A stretch of DNA of 20,462 nt from a virus: IMG/VR virus record IMGVR_UViG_3300029839_000013, positions 1 through 20,462 of that record; one strand, given 5' to 3'. Below, one piece after another: positions 1-6,981 of this stretch (positions are counted from its first letter, which is position 1; each line of letters begins with the position of its first letter). The notes under the pieces are model-generated. The model was not told the origin of the DNA, searched no databases, and was given only the letters and a program-made list of their open reading frames with translations. The translations under genes and the position numbers were made by a program.

Positions 1-99
1 ATAACCGCCCGTAAATATATTGTCGTCGAAAATTTGCCCTTTCGTCTTCAAATATTGGATAATAAAATACATTTCGTTAAATTCACTAGGCGTTAATAC
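1..99. repeat. Terminal direct repeat, identical to 20364-20462. Interpreted as assembly overlap of a circular or terminally redundant genome.
   Basis: Exact 99-bp identity between the two window ends. A minus-strand ORF reads through the junction in frame. Confidence 0.9.
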
Positions 100-405
100 C
101 TCTTTTGTCTGCAAATCTCGCCATTTTTTATAATCTTTTGAATTTTTAGACAAGTTGTCTATTTCGTCAGGCATAACGCAATATTTTTTATAAAAATTTT
201 CAGGCTCTAAAATATAACTGTGCCACATTTTCCCCGCCAGCATAGCCGGGCTTGTTTTTTCCTCATATAAAGGATTTAGGCGGGAATTGAACCAATATTT
301 AACCGGGCTTTCAAGTATTTTTTTCATACCTGAAAAATCAAGTCTTTCGACGTCCGAAAAATATTCATTTTCTGACATATTAAAATATATACCGTCTTTG
401 TGCAT
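1..405 (-). CDS. N-terminal portion of the same wrapped exonuclease gene. Bases 1-99 duplicate 20364-20462.
   Basis: I translated the minus strand from 405 down to 1 and found no stop codon. It is in frame with the ATG at 72-70 that starts the ORF-track protein. The N-terminal motif GIYFNMSENEYFSDVERLDFSGMKKILESPVKYW resembles the DUF3799/exonuclease VIII-like N-terminus (YHa...S.S.LK...SP). Confidence 0.55.
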   Translation of the reverse strand, partial: MHKDGIYFNMSENEYFSDVERLDFSGMKKILESPVKYWFNSRLNPLYEEKTSPAMLAGKMWHSYILEPENFYKKYCVMPDEIDNLSKNSKDYKKWRDLQTKEVLTPSEFNEMYFIIQYLKTKGQIFDDNIFTGGY

Positions 406-539
406 GTTTTACCTCTCTTTTTTTAAATTACATTTCACAAATAATCTTTTTTTTAATAATGTCAATAAAAAAAATGGTTGATTATTATTTTTTTTAGTTT
501 AAATTGGTGTTTGTGATAACTTTTTACGAAAGGAAAAAA
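406..539. promoter_or_regulatory. AT-rich divergent intergenic region between the minus-strand exonuclease start and the plus-strand gene start. It contains a TTGACA hexamer on the minus strand near 459-464.
   Basis: 134 bp of non-coding sequence between two diverging genes. It carries a TTGACA -35-like hexamer but no clean -10 at 17-bp spacing. Confidence 0.3.
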
Positions 540-1193
540 ATGAATAATAATATAAACCCCTTAGATATTAACGCACAAATTTTTTTAGACACGGCAGAAA
601 AAACAACCATAGACAACGAAGCCGATAACTTAAACGCTTGCCAGTATTTAAAAGCTGTTAATGATTATAAAAAAACGCTTGACTTGCAAATTGATACACT
701 TGAAAAACCGCTAAAAACTGAGCTAAAAAAAATAAAAAATCATTATGACGTCCCAGTTAATTTGCTTAAAAAAGCGGATAATATCTTACGCGACAAGTTG
801 TCTAACTATGCAACTGTTAAATTTCATGACTTATTAAATGAACGCTTGGCACAAAAAGCGCAGCGCGAGGATGAAGCTTTAAATTTGGCGCTTGAGCTTG
901 AACAGCAAAAAAATGGTGATTACGACGAAATTACAAAGGAAGCCGTTGTTAAGACTTTGACGGCAAAGCAAAACAAGCTAATTGATGATACGGCCGATAT
1001 TGATGAGGTCAATATCTCAAATGAATATGTTACATTTCGCCAATTGTGGACTTTTGATGTGATCGACATTTCAAAAGTTCCGGCCGAATTTATTACAATT
1101 GACACAAAGGCAGTCAACGAGGCAATTAAGGCCGGAGCGGTGGAGATTGACGGCCTGAGAATTTACAAGAAAATTATTCCGTCTTTAAAATAA
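540..1193 (+). CDS. Hypothetical 217-aa protein with a long charged coiled-coil N-terminus and a compact C-terminal domain. It could be a Gam-like DNA-end-binding protein or a regulator, but this is unassigned.
   Basis: ATG at 540 preceded by GAAAGGAAAAAAA. The ORF track began the frame at an upstream TTG (504). This is the only substantial plus-strand gene. The C-terminal segment (VTFRQLWTFDVIDISK...ITIDTKAVNEAIKAGAVEIDGLRIY) is loosely reminiscent of the Mu Gam C-terminus. Confidence 0.6.
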   Translation: MNNNINPLDINAQIFLDTAEKTTIDNEADNLNACQYLKAVNDYKKTLDLQIDTLEKPLKTELKKIKNHYDVPVNLLKKADNILRDKLSNYATVKFHDLLNERLAQKAQREDEALNLALELEQQKNGDYDEITKEAVVKTLTAKQNKLIDDTADIDEVNISNEYVTFRQLWTFDVIDISKVPAEFITIDTKAVNEAIKAGAVEIDGLRIYKKIIPSLK

Positions 1194-1207
1194 CAAAGGG
1201 GGGCATC

Positions 1208-1351
1208 ATGAAAAAAATACAATTTTCTATTTGTGTCGATGAAGACACGTTAAAAAAGATTGATAAACTGGCTAATAATGAGGGACGCAGCCGGTCGCAA
1301 ATGATTTTATATATTTTGAAACTTTTTTTAAAAAAAGAGGGGAGCGAATAG
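1208..1351 (+). CDS. 47-aa ribbon-helix-helix (CopG/Arc/MetJ-type) DNA-binding protein.
   Basis: ATG at 1208 after AAAGGGGGG. The sequence MKKIQFSICVDEDTLKKIDKLANNEGRSRSQMILYILKLFLKKEGSE fits a beta-strand followed by two helices. It is below the ORF-track size cutoff. Confidence 0.6.
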   Translation: MKKIQFSICVDEDTLKKIDKLANNEGRSRSQMILYILKLFLKKEGSE

Positions 1352-1362
1352 CTCCCTTTTTT
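1331..1362. terminator. Bidirectional rho-independent terminator between the convergent RHH gene and the o-spanin gene.
   Basis: Stem GGGAGC-gaata-GCTCCC, followed by six T on the plus strand and by seven T on the minus strand. Confidence 0.7.
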
Positions 1363-1576
1363 ATTGCGCTTCGTGAAGTTGTTTAACGCACTCCAAAGCG
1401 TCCATTGTGGTAACTATTGAGTAGATACAATTATTTTTTGCTCGTTTACTCGCGCAGCCACTTAATAACATCATCAGGCAAAGCAGTGTTGAGACAATCG
1501 CAATCTTTATTTTGCGGTTTCGCCTCTTTTTTTCGCAATACGGCGATTTTCTTCTCGGTGCAAATAGATTTTTCAT
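1361..1576 (-). CDS. Putative o-spanin (outer-membrane lipoprotein), overlapped type.
   Basis: Signal-like segment IAIVSTLLCLMMLLSGC with an LSGC lipobox, then a short Cys-containing mature region. It starts inside the i-spanin gene in another frame and extends beyond it. Basic N-terminal extension is unusually long, so the true start is uncertain. Confidence 0.5.
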   Translation of the reverse strand: MKNLFAPRRKSPYCEKKRRNRKIKIAIVSTLLCLMMLLSGCASKRAKNNCIYSIVTTMDALECVKQLHEAQ

Positions 1577-1706
1577 TTTTAACCTTTCTTTCTTCCTCTG
1601 TGGCAGAAAAAGCAGCTTGCTGCTCTATTCTTTTCCCTTTCTCAAATTGCCAAAGCTGAAAAAGGATTATATTCGCGATTATTGAGGCCAAAAATATTTT
1701 TTTCAT
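1446..1706 (-). CDS. Putative i-spanin (type II inner-membrane protein with a periplasmic coiled-coil).
   Basis: N-terminal transmembrane segment IFLASIIANIILF, then a charged helical region. It lies at the end of the lysis cassette and overlaps the lipoprotein ORF. Confidence 0.5.
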   Translation of the reverse strand: MKKIFLASIIANIILFQLWQFEKGKRIEQQAAFSATEEERKVKNEKSICTEKKIAVLRKKEAKPQNKDCDCLNTALPDDVIKWLRE

Positions 1707-1831
1707 AAGACATCCAGAATTTTAATACTTATCGCTTCGGCCGCTTCAAATTTGTTAGAAATTAACAAATATAGACATTCCAACAATATACATATTATTA
1801 CAGCTCTTGTAAATTCAATGCCCAGCTTCAT
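1703..1831 (-). CDS. 42-aa membrane peptide lying between the hydrolase and i-spanin genes. Candidate antiholin or lysis regulator.
   Basis: Sequence MKLGIEFTRAVIICILLECLYLLISNKFEAAEAISIKILDVL. Its ATG overlaps the hydrolase TGA (ATGA), and its TGA overlaps the i-spanin ATG (ATGA). A CGGGAT ribosome-binding site lies upstream. It fills an otherwise 120-bp gap. Confidence 0.4.
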   Translation of the reverse strand: MKLGIEFTRAVIICILLECLYLLISNKFEAAEAISIKILDVL

Positions 1832-2250
1832 AATATCCCGCAATAAAATAGATGATCGCCTATCAAAAAGTCTGCTTTTTTATTTTTAGCCCACTTCGGC
1901 AAAACATTAACGGTATGATAATGGCATGCACCACATACAACGTCTTTCAATTCCCCGCTAATATATTTTTTTGCAATTTCTAAACATTTTGAAAATTGCG
2001 CGTCTTCAGTTGTTACGGATATAAGCTTTTTAAAATTCGGGTCGCTTTCATTCCAACAAGAAAATTGATGAAATTTTGAACCCTTTACACAGAATTGACA
2101 TGTTTCTGCGATTGTTGAGCCGGAAAACCATTTTTTTGCCTTGTAGCGGTTTAAAATTACGGACGCAACAGCCATTTTCCCCAAATCTGTCTCGCCTCTG
2201 GCCTCTCCGTAAATAGTGCGCGCTAAAATATCAATGTCGTTTTCTTTCAT
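1828..2250 (-). CDS. Cell-wall hydrolase of the SleB/CwlJ (Hydrolase_2) type. Probable endolysin.
   Basis: N-terminal motif LARTIYGEARGE...ASVILNR is characteristic of that family. It immediately follows the holin with a 20-nt overlap. Confidence 0.7.
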   Translation of the reverse strand: MKENDIDILARTIYGEARGETDLGKMAVASVILNRYKAKKWFSGSTIAETCQFCVKGSKFHQFSCWNESDPNFKKLISVTTEDAQFSKCLEIAKKYISGELKDVVCGACHYHTVNVLPKWAKNKKADFLIGDHLFYCGIL

Positions 2251-2434
2251 TTTTTAAATTGTCCTCTGCAATTTTTGCTTCTGCCCGCTCTTTTCTTATG
2301 CGATACACTAAATAAACAATAGTTACGATAAAGATAAACACACTTTGAATTTGCGGCAAATATTGGATAATAAGGGCAACCGCTGACCCTGCACAAATTG
2401 TGAAGCAATTATTGTTAATCATTTTTTCGACCAT
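2231..2434 (-). CDS. Holin-like small membrane protein.
   Basis: Two hydrophobic segments (CFTICAGSAVALIIQYL and VFIFIVTIVYLVY) and a charged C-terminus. AGGTGG ribosome-binding site 5 nt upstream of the ATG at 2434; the ORF track used a GTG at 2443. It is the first gene after the terminator. Confidence 0.6.
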   Translation of the reverse strand: MVEKMINNNCFTICAGSAVALIIQYLPQIQSVFIFIVTIVYLVYRIRKERAEAKIAEDNLKNERKRH

Positions 2435-2481
2435 GTTAACCACCTATTAAAAGGGTTTCATAAAATTTTTAAAATGTCAAC

Positions 2482-2512
2482 AAAAAAAGGGAAAGCGCTT
2501 AACTTTCCCTTT
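2482..2512 (-). terminator. Rho-independent terminator downstream of the lysozyme-like gene.
   Basis: Stem AAGGGAAAG-cgcttaa-CTTTCCCTT, followed by seven T on the minus strand. Confidence 0.6.
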
Positions 2513-2540
2513 TGAGGTCGAAACATACAACGTTTATATA

Positions 2541-2999
2541 TTACTTTGTTTCTTCTTTTTTGTCAACGCCAAAGAAAAGTTTAATTTCTTCGTCTCTCCA
2601 TGCGGGAAAATCCAGCCCTTCAAAATTTACAGCTTTCAACGCTTCCCACTCAGTTCGTGCCGTCTCCATGTCTCCGGCTTCGATTGCTTTACAAAGCGGA
2701 GATTCCGGCCAAGTCTCTTTTTGGATGAAGTGCATAATTGACAATAAAGCTTCTTTCTGATTTTCCGACCAATCCCCGGCCGGGAGTTCAAACTCGGCTA
2801 AATGGTCTTTCAAAATCTGGTCGGCCTCATCTTGGGTTACTTCGTCGCCCTCTTGGACAAGACGCCCGCCTTTAAAAGTCTTAGGATATTGCAAAATCCA
2901 ACATCCAATTACCCAAAATGTGTATTGAAATTCTTTGTATGAATTTACGGCTTTCAAGAAACAAGGCGTATATTTTTTAATCATCTCAAAAGCTTTCAT
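2541..2999 (-). CDS. T4-lysozyme-like (GH24 fold) protein, 152 aa. The canonical catalytic Glu/Asp/Thr appear to be missing.
   Basis: ATG at 2999 with an AGGGGAA ribosome-binding site. The ORF-track N-terminal extension (to 3116) overlaps the fibre gene and is spurious. Segments EVTQDEADQILKDHL and ALLSIMHFIQKETW...KAIEAGDMETARTEWEAL...RDEEIKLFFG run parallel to T4L VITKDEAEKLF, ALINMVFQMGETG, RMLQQKRWDEAAV and RAKRVITTF. Confidence 0.55.
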   Translation of the reverse strand: MKAFEMIKKYTPCFLKAVNSYKEFQYTFWVIGCWILQYPKTFKGGRLVQEGDEVTQDEADQILKDHLAEFELPAGDWSENQKEALLSIMHFIQKETWPESPLCKAIEAGDMETARTEWEALKAVNFEGLDFPAWRDEEIKLFFGVDKKEETK

Positions 3000-3009
3000 C
3001 TTTTTTCCC

Positions 3010-4221
3010 CTATTTATATTTACGTAAATATTGTAATTTTCCATATCCATTAACTGAACCGGTACCATAACCACCCCAAACAGATGCGCCGTGATGTGAC
3101 CCTGAACTGTCGCCACCGTTTCCGCCTCTGTTCAATGCTGGCGGCTGTAATAGCTCAACATACCCATGCCCGTTTAATATTGGAGCATCCGCGCCACGGC
3201 CGCCGCCTGACGCGGACGCAGAATAACCTGAATTACATTGTATTACAGTCAACCAATTATCTGGCGTTGTTAAATCGGAAATTTGGAATAAAGACGCTTG
3301 TTCCCTCACCCCTACAACCATGCGTATATTGCAGGGTCTAGCTATGTAAGCATCCCCGACATAACCGGCGGCAGAACCTGAGTAGTTTGTACCATAATAT
3401 GACCAAGTTGTCGGATTGCCGCCGCCGATGCAATGAATTTGAATAACTCCCGGCTTTGTCATTACACCGTTAAAAATTTGCTGCACATTTGGATTTGCCA
3501 CCTCTCCGATGACATACGAAGGCGCATATGCTTGAACGTCAAATACTTTTTGACCATTTAAATACGCTTGGCCTATCGGTTTCGAAACAATTTCTGTTTT
3601 TTTATTACGCCAAAAAGGGGAGCCGTTAACGTTTATTTCTGTTTTGCCAAGATAAATTTGAGCGCGGAAATATGTATCGCTTGCCGCTCCGTCGTTTCCA
3701 ATCCAAGTTTGGGGCGTATTAATTTTATAAAGACTTATTGTGTTTTCAACGGCGATTTCTTCTTTAAAATCTTTATCAGCCGTTTTTTTCATTTGTACAG
3801 TATAGCGCAACCCCGTATATTTAACGATTACGTCATAAACATTATAAGGGTCCATGCCTGTCTTACCTTTTGCATTGACTAAATCCCAGCTTGTACCGTT
3901 TGAGCTTACAAACAATGCTATTTTGCGGTTTAAAATTGCTAATTTTACACTTTTATAATTTTCCGCAGCGCCAAAAATATATTGGTCTTGATTTAAATTG
4001 CCAAGCTCGAAAGAAAATCTGACTTTTATCTCCCAAGGGTACGCCTCGGGGGTAAACGGTGGAATTTTTAAAAAATTGGCATTTGAAAACCCCTTTACAT
4101 TGTTCCCGTTTATTGTTGGGCTTCCGTTTACTTCAAAATTGTTAGATGTTAAATTAGCGGTTAAATATAATCCATTTGCGCCGTATTCTCTTATTCTTTT
4201 ACCCCTATAATACAAAGGCAT
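3010..4221 (-). CDS. Tail fibre or receptor-binding protein (403 aa) with a Gly/Ser-rich C-terminus.
   Basis: Last and largest gene of the tail module. It is Asn/Gly/Thr-rich, and its C-terminal 70 aa are glycine-rich (GGGRGADAPILNGHGY...GGNGGDSSGSHHGASVWGGYGTGSVNGYG). GGAGAA ribosome-binding site upstream. Confidence 0.6.
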   Translation of the reverse strand: MPLYYRGKRIREYGANGLYLTANLTSNNFEVNGSPTINGNNVKGFSNANFLKIPPFTPEAYPWEIKVRFSFELGNLNQDQYIFGAAENYKSVKLAILNRKIALFVSSNGTSWDLVNAKGKTGMDPYNVYDVIVKYTGLRYTVQMKKTADKDFKEEIAVENTISLYKINTPQTWIGNDGAASDTYFRAQIYLGKTEINVNGSPFWRNKKTEIVSKPIGQAYLNGQKVFDVQAYAPSYVIGEVANPNVQQIFNGVMTKPGVIQIHCIGGGNPTTWSYYGTNYSGSAAGYVGDAYIARPCNIRMVVGVREQASLFQISDLTTPDNWLTVIQCNSGYSASASGGGRGADAPILNGHGYVELLQPPALNRGGNGGDSSGSHHGASVWGGYGTGSVNGYGKLQYLRKYK

Positions 4222-4223
4222 AG

Positions 4224-4529
4224 TTAATTCTCCGGGATGCAGTAAAGAACGTTTAAATCACTTCCGGCTTGATTAACAAGCTGAATTTTATAATTTCCAA
4301 AATCCCAAACAGCTTTTGCGCTTGGATAATGTGTCGCGTCAGATGATGAGTTAACAACATCAACCCTATTTTCGACAGCTTGCAAATAGGCTTTTAAATA
4401 TGTTGCCATTTGCAAACAAGTGGCCGAATTAGTAGCGGCTCCAGTTGATACGGCTAACGCGTAGCTATCCTCTAAATTTGCTATGCGCTCCAAATCACTA
4501 ATTGTCTTAACTTGGTCAATATTAGGCAT
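4224..4529 (-). CDS. Hypothetical 101-aa tail protein sitting directly upstream of the fibre. It may be a fibre N-terminal or adaptor module.
   Basis: Position, and the C-terminal motif SDATHYPSAKAVWDF, which resembles fibre sequences. Its stop lies 2 nt before the fibre ATG. Confidence 0.35.
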   Translation of the reverse strand: MPNIDQVKTISDLERIANLEDSYALAVSTGAATNSATCLQMATYLKAYLQAVENRVDVVNSSSDATHYPSAKAVWDFGNYKIQLVNQAGSDLNVLYCIPEN

Positions 4530-5079
4530 TGTCTGGGTTCTCCTGTGTGTATGTGAATTCTAAATACGTTCCGGCGTTTGTCATCTCTTGCAACATATTC
4601 GCTAGTTGCCTATCAGTTATGCGCGCGACTAAGGCCGCAAATCCTAAATAGTCGCCTGCTTCGGTTGTAACATAAAATTTATATTCTTCATCGACCCATA
4701 AAAAATATTCAACATAACGCGCGATAATGTCAATTTTTATATGTAAAGGATTTTTCTCGTCGATTGTAATCGTAGCATTTGAGCCAAAAATTGAATATAA
4801 AATTTTACAATAGGCATCTGGCGTCCCAATAAATTCTTGAGCTTCTATTATAGTGTAAAATGTTGAAATGAATAAATTCTTTTCCAAAATATTATAAATC
4901 GGGACAATTTGTTGATTGTATAATGTTCTCCCCAACTCCGGAGATTTATAAAAATTATCATAATAGGCCTTTAAGTCGTCCATGGTTGGCTTAAGGATTT
5001 TTAAAAACGTTTGAAAAAAACGATTTGCGTTTTCGTCATTCTGCGTAAAAAGTTGATGTCTATACTCTGGATTACTCAT
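4522..5079 (-). CDS. Baseplate-associated protein, possibly P2 gpI/DUF2313-like. Assigned by position only.
   Basis: Follows the J-like gene with an 8-nt overlap. 185 aa. Confidence 0.3.
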   Translation of the reverse strand: MSNPEYRHQLFTQNDENANRFFQTFLKILKPTMDDLKAYYDNFYKSPELGRTLYNQQIVPIYNILEKNLFISTFYTIIEAQEFIGTPDAYCKILYSIFGSNATITIDEKNPLHIKIDIIARYVEYFLWVDEEYKFYVTTEAGDYLGFAALVARITDRQLANMLQEMTNAGTYLEFTYTQENPDNA

Positions 5080-5884
5080 CTATAATTTCGGCGTTGACCG
5101 TCCCTAATACGATTTTTTGATTATATGCCGATTTAAATACTTCTCCAGTAAAAGAACCAGAACCATTTTGATAAGTTACCGTAATGGACGAACTCCACGG
5201 CAGTTGTTCTTTGCAAAGATAACTATCGGGTTCAAAATCTTTTCCCAATCTATAACTTTGTTTAAAAAGTTCCCGAAAAAGATTGTTAATTGTCACTTCG
5301 GCCGGAATAAATTCCGTCGTATTACGCGACACTGTAATCGCAATTTTTATGTTAAACGTTAAGACTGTCGGGATTGCGTATGAAATCGGGAATTTTTGTC
5401 CGTTGATGCCTGTAAAAAATCCAGTTTCTGAACCGGAATAAACTATGCCAGTAGTAGCGCATTGGCCTATTTTGTTAATAATATTCTGTTTTAAAGTTGC
5501 GTAATCTTCCGCCGATGTGTCCACATCACAAGCAATATCACAAGTTCCGCGTTTGTCTGGCGTGGTAATTGGTGCGATTGAGGCTATAACTCCCAAATCG
5601 TTCGCTAATGCCTGCATGATGCCGTTAGGTGATGACTTAGGATATTTTATTTTGTCGTTTATATAAGTAACATAATCTTGCGCTTTATTGCCGATTTGAC
5701 TAATCCCGTTCTCAACACCTTGCGCGATTTGCAAAGCAGGATAATAAAGCTTATAGATATTACTCCCGACGATAGTCTCGGGGGTATATGTTTCGCCGTA
5801 TTCTTCGTTTACAGCATTCACTAAATCGTTAACTAAATCTTCGTTAGTTCGTGGACTATAACCATTTTCGACGCTAAAACTCAT
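5072..5884 (-). CDS. Baseplate J-like wedge protein (P2 gpJ / Mu gp47 / T4 gp6 family).
   Basis: Lies immediately downstream of the gp25-like gene. Size 270 aa. The N-terminal region (PRTNEDLVNDLVNAVNEEYGETYTPETIVGSNIYKL) is similar to Baseplate_J N-terminal motifs. Confidence 0.45.
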   Translation of the reverse strand: MSFSVENGYSPRTNEDLVNDLVNAVNEEYGETYTPETIVGSNIYKLYYPALQIAQGVENGISQIGNKAQDYVTYINDKIKYPKSSPNGIMQALANDLGVIASIAPITTPDKRGTCDIACDVDTSAEDYATLKQNIINKIGQCATTGIVYSGSETGFFTGINGQKFPISYAIPTVLTFNIKIAITVSRNTTEFIPAEVTINNLFRELFKQSYRLGKDFEPDSYLCKEQLPWSSSITVTYQNGSGSFTGEVFKSAYNQKIVLGTVNAEIIDE

Positions 5885-6189
5885 TGGCTTACTAATCCTT
5901 CTAAATCTTGTTCCTCAGCAAAAAAATTAAATACGGTTTCAAATATTCTATCGACCTGCTCGACCTTCGTTATATTTATGCCATTTTCGACTAATTTATT
6001 AACAGCATATGATTTAAAAGTTTCTGTTTGAATAACAACATCGGGGTCAATAAATCGTTTTAAATCAATACCAAAATTCGGGGCATAATATAAATAACCC
6101 TCTTGCGTGGTCAATAAATTTTCGCCTTTATAGACGATTGTATCGTTAAAAAATGGCATCCCTTCGCTGTCAAAGTCAACATCTTTCAT
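5881..6189 (-). CDS. gp25/gpW-like baseplate wedge protein.
   Basis: YAPNFGIDLKRFID parallels the T4 gp25 motif PFDPEFGCDLSDQLF, and ETFKSYAVNKLVENGINIT parallels VERNIESAVRNYEPRI. About 100 aa. Precedes the J-like gene. Confidence 0.5.
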   Translation of the reverse strand: MKDVDFDSEGMPFFNDTIVYKGENLLTTQEGYLYYAPNFGIDLKRFIDPDVVIQTETFKSYAVNKLVENGINITKVEQVDRIFETVFNFFAEEQDLEGLVSQ

Positions 6190-6563
6190 TTTAAATCTTT
6201 CTGCAAATCATCGAAATCCTGCTGTATTATTGTTAAATCTTGAATTTTTTTAAGCATATCCGCCTTGAATGTTGGCGCGGTAATTTCGCCGCCGCCATTG
6301 CTGGCGTAAATTTCATTACTTATCAATAATATCAAATCGTTTAAGAATTGCAACAAATCTTTATTAACATCAATTAACTTGTCAATATCGGGGGAGGTGT
6401 TGGGGATGTAAACAAGCTTATCCTCAGCAAACACAACAGCGCCAGAGCTATCGCCGCCCAGCCCCAAAATTTCACAACCTGTTACGGGTTTGCCCTCAAT
6501 CAACACTTGGCCGCCTGTCACATTTGCGCTAAATACCTTCATAATAAAACCTTTCAATTGCAT
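6186..6563 (-). CDS. Small baseplate protein, possibly a spike or hub component (gpV-like). Assigned by position.
   Basis: Position upstream of the gp25-like gene. A Gly-rich beta-like N-terminus. An alternative start at 6542 has a GAAAGG ribosome-binding site. Confidence 0.3.
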   Translation of the reverse strand: MQLKGFIMKVFSANVTGGQVLIEGKPVTGCEILGLGGDSSGAVVFAEDKLVYIPNTSPDIDKLIDVNKDLLQFLNDLILLISNEIYASNGGGEITAPTFKADMLKKIQDLTIIQQDFDDLQKDLK

Positions 6564-6981
6564 AGCGGTTAAACTTGTAGTCCCAAAAGGCTAAAAATCC
6601 GCTCATCAACTTTAAATCTTTTGTTAATGTATAAGCTTGGGGCAGTTTCGGGCTATTTTTATAAATCCCTTCGCCATAATCAGCAACTACATCCGTAGCC
6701 GTTGCTAACAATATGCTTGTTATGCTTTGGCTGCTTAAGTCAAACGTTAACTTATTGCGCGCCATTACTTCGCTTTTTTCTCCAGTATAGTTTGAAATAA
6801 AAGGAATTAATCCGTATAACCAGCCGGCAAAGCTGTAATTCGGAAACTCTGCCAGTTCTTTAAATGTAAAATATTCGCCGTCTCTTACCAGTTCAATATT
6901 GTTTAAACGCTGCCATATATCTAACTCGTTTATGCTTTCCGGCTGAAACATGTAAAAACCGTTTATGCAATTAATTAACAT
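6529..6981 (-). CDS. Hypothetical baseplate or tail protein. I propose a revised start at the LMLIN Met.
   Basis: The ORF-track start at 7017 overlaps the upstream gene by 47 nt. A GGTGGGGG ribosome-binding site precedes the ATG at about 6981. Confidence 0.35.
   Translation of the reverse strand: MLINCINGFYMFQPESINELDIWQRLNNIELVRDGEYFTFKELAEFPNYSFAGWLYGLIPFISNYTGEKSEVMARNKLTFDLSSQSITSILLATATDVVADYGEGIYKNSPKLPQAYTLTKDLKLMSGFLAFWDYKFNRYAIERFYYEGI

Noticed and set aside
287-481. 64-aa plus-strand ORF.
   Set aside because: Lies antisense inside the N-terminal part of the wrapped exonuclease gene. The minus-strand frame is continuous and carries a family-typical motif.
1707-1827. Possible hairpin or tRNA-like element in the 120-bp gap of the lysis cassette (GCTTCGGCCGCTTC).
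   Set aside because: The sequence is not self-complementary beyond the CGGCCG core. The gap is better explained by a 42-aa coupled ORF.
2999-3116. N-terminal extension of the lysozyme-like ORF as listed (191 aa).
   Set aside because: The extension overlaps the 3' end of the fibre gene in another frame. An ATG with an AGGGGAA ribosome-binding site at 2999 gives a protein whose N-terminus aligns with the T4 lysozyme start.
3084-4210. Plus-strand ORFs 3084-3341, 3568-3882 and 3998-4210.
   Set aside because: All are antisense within the tail-fibre gene. No ribosome-binding sites.
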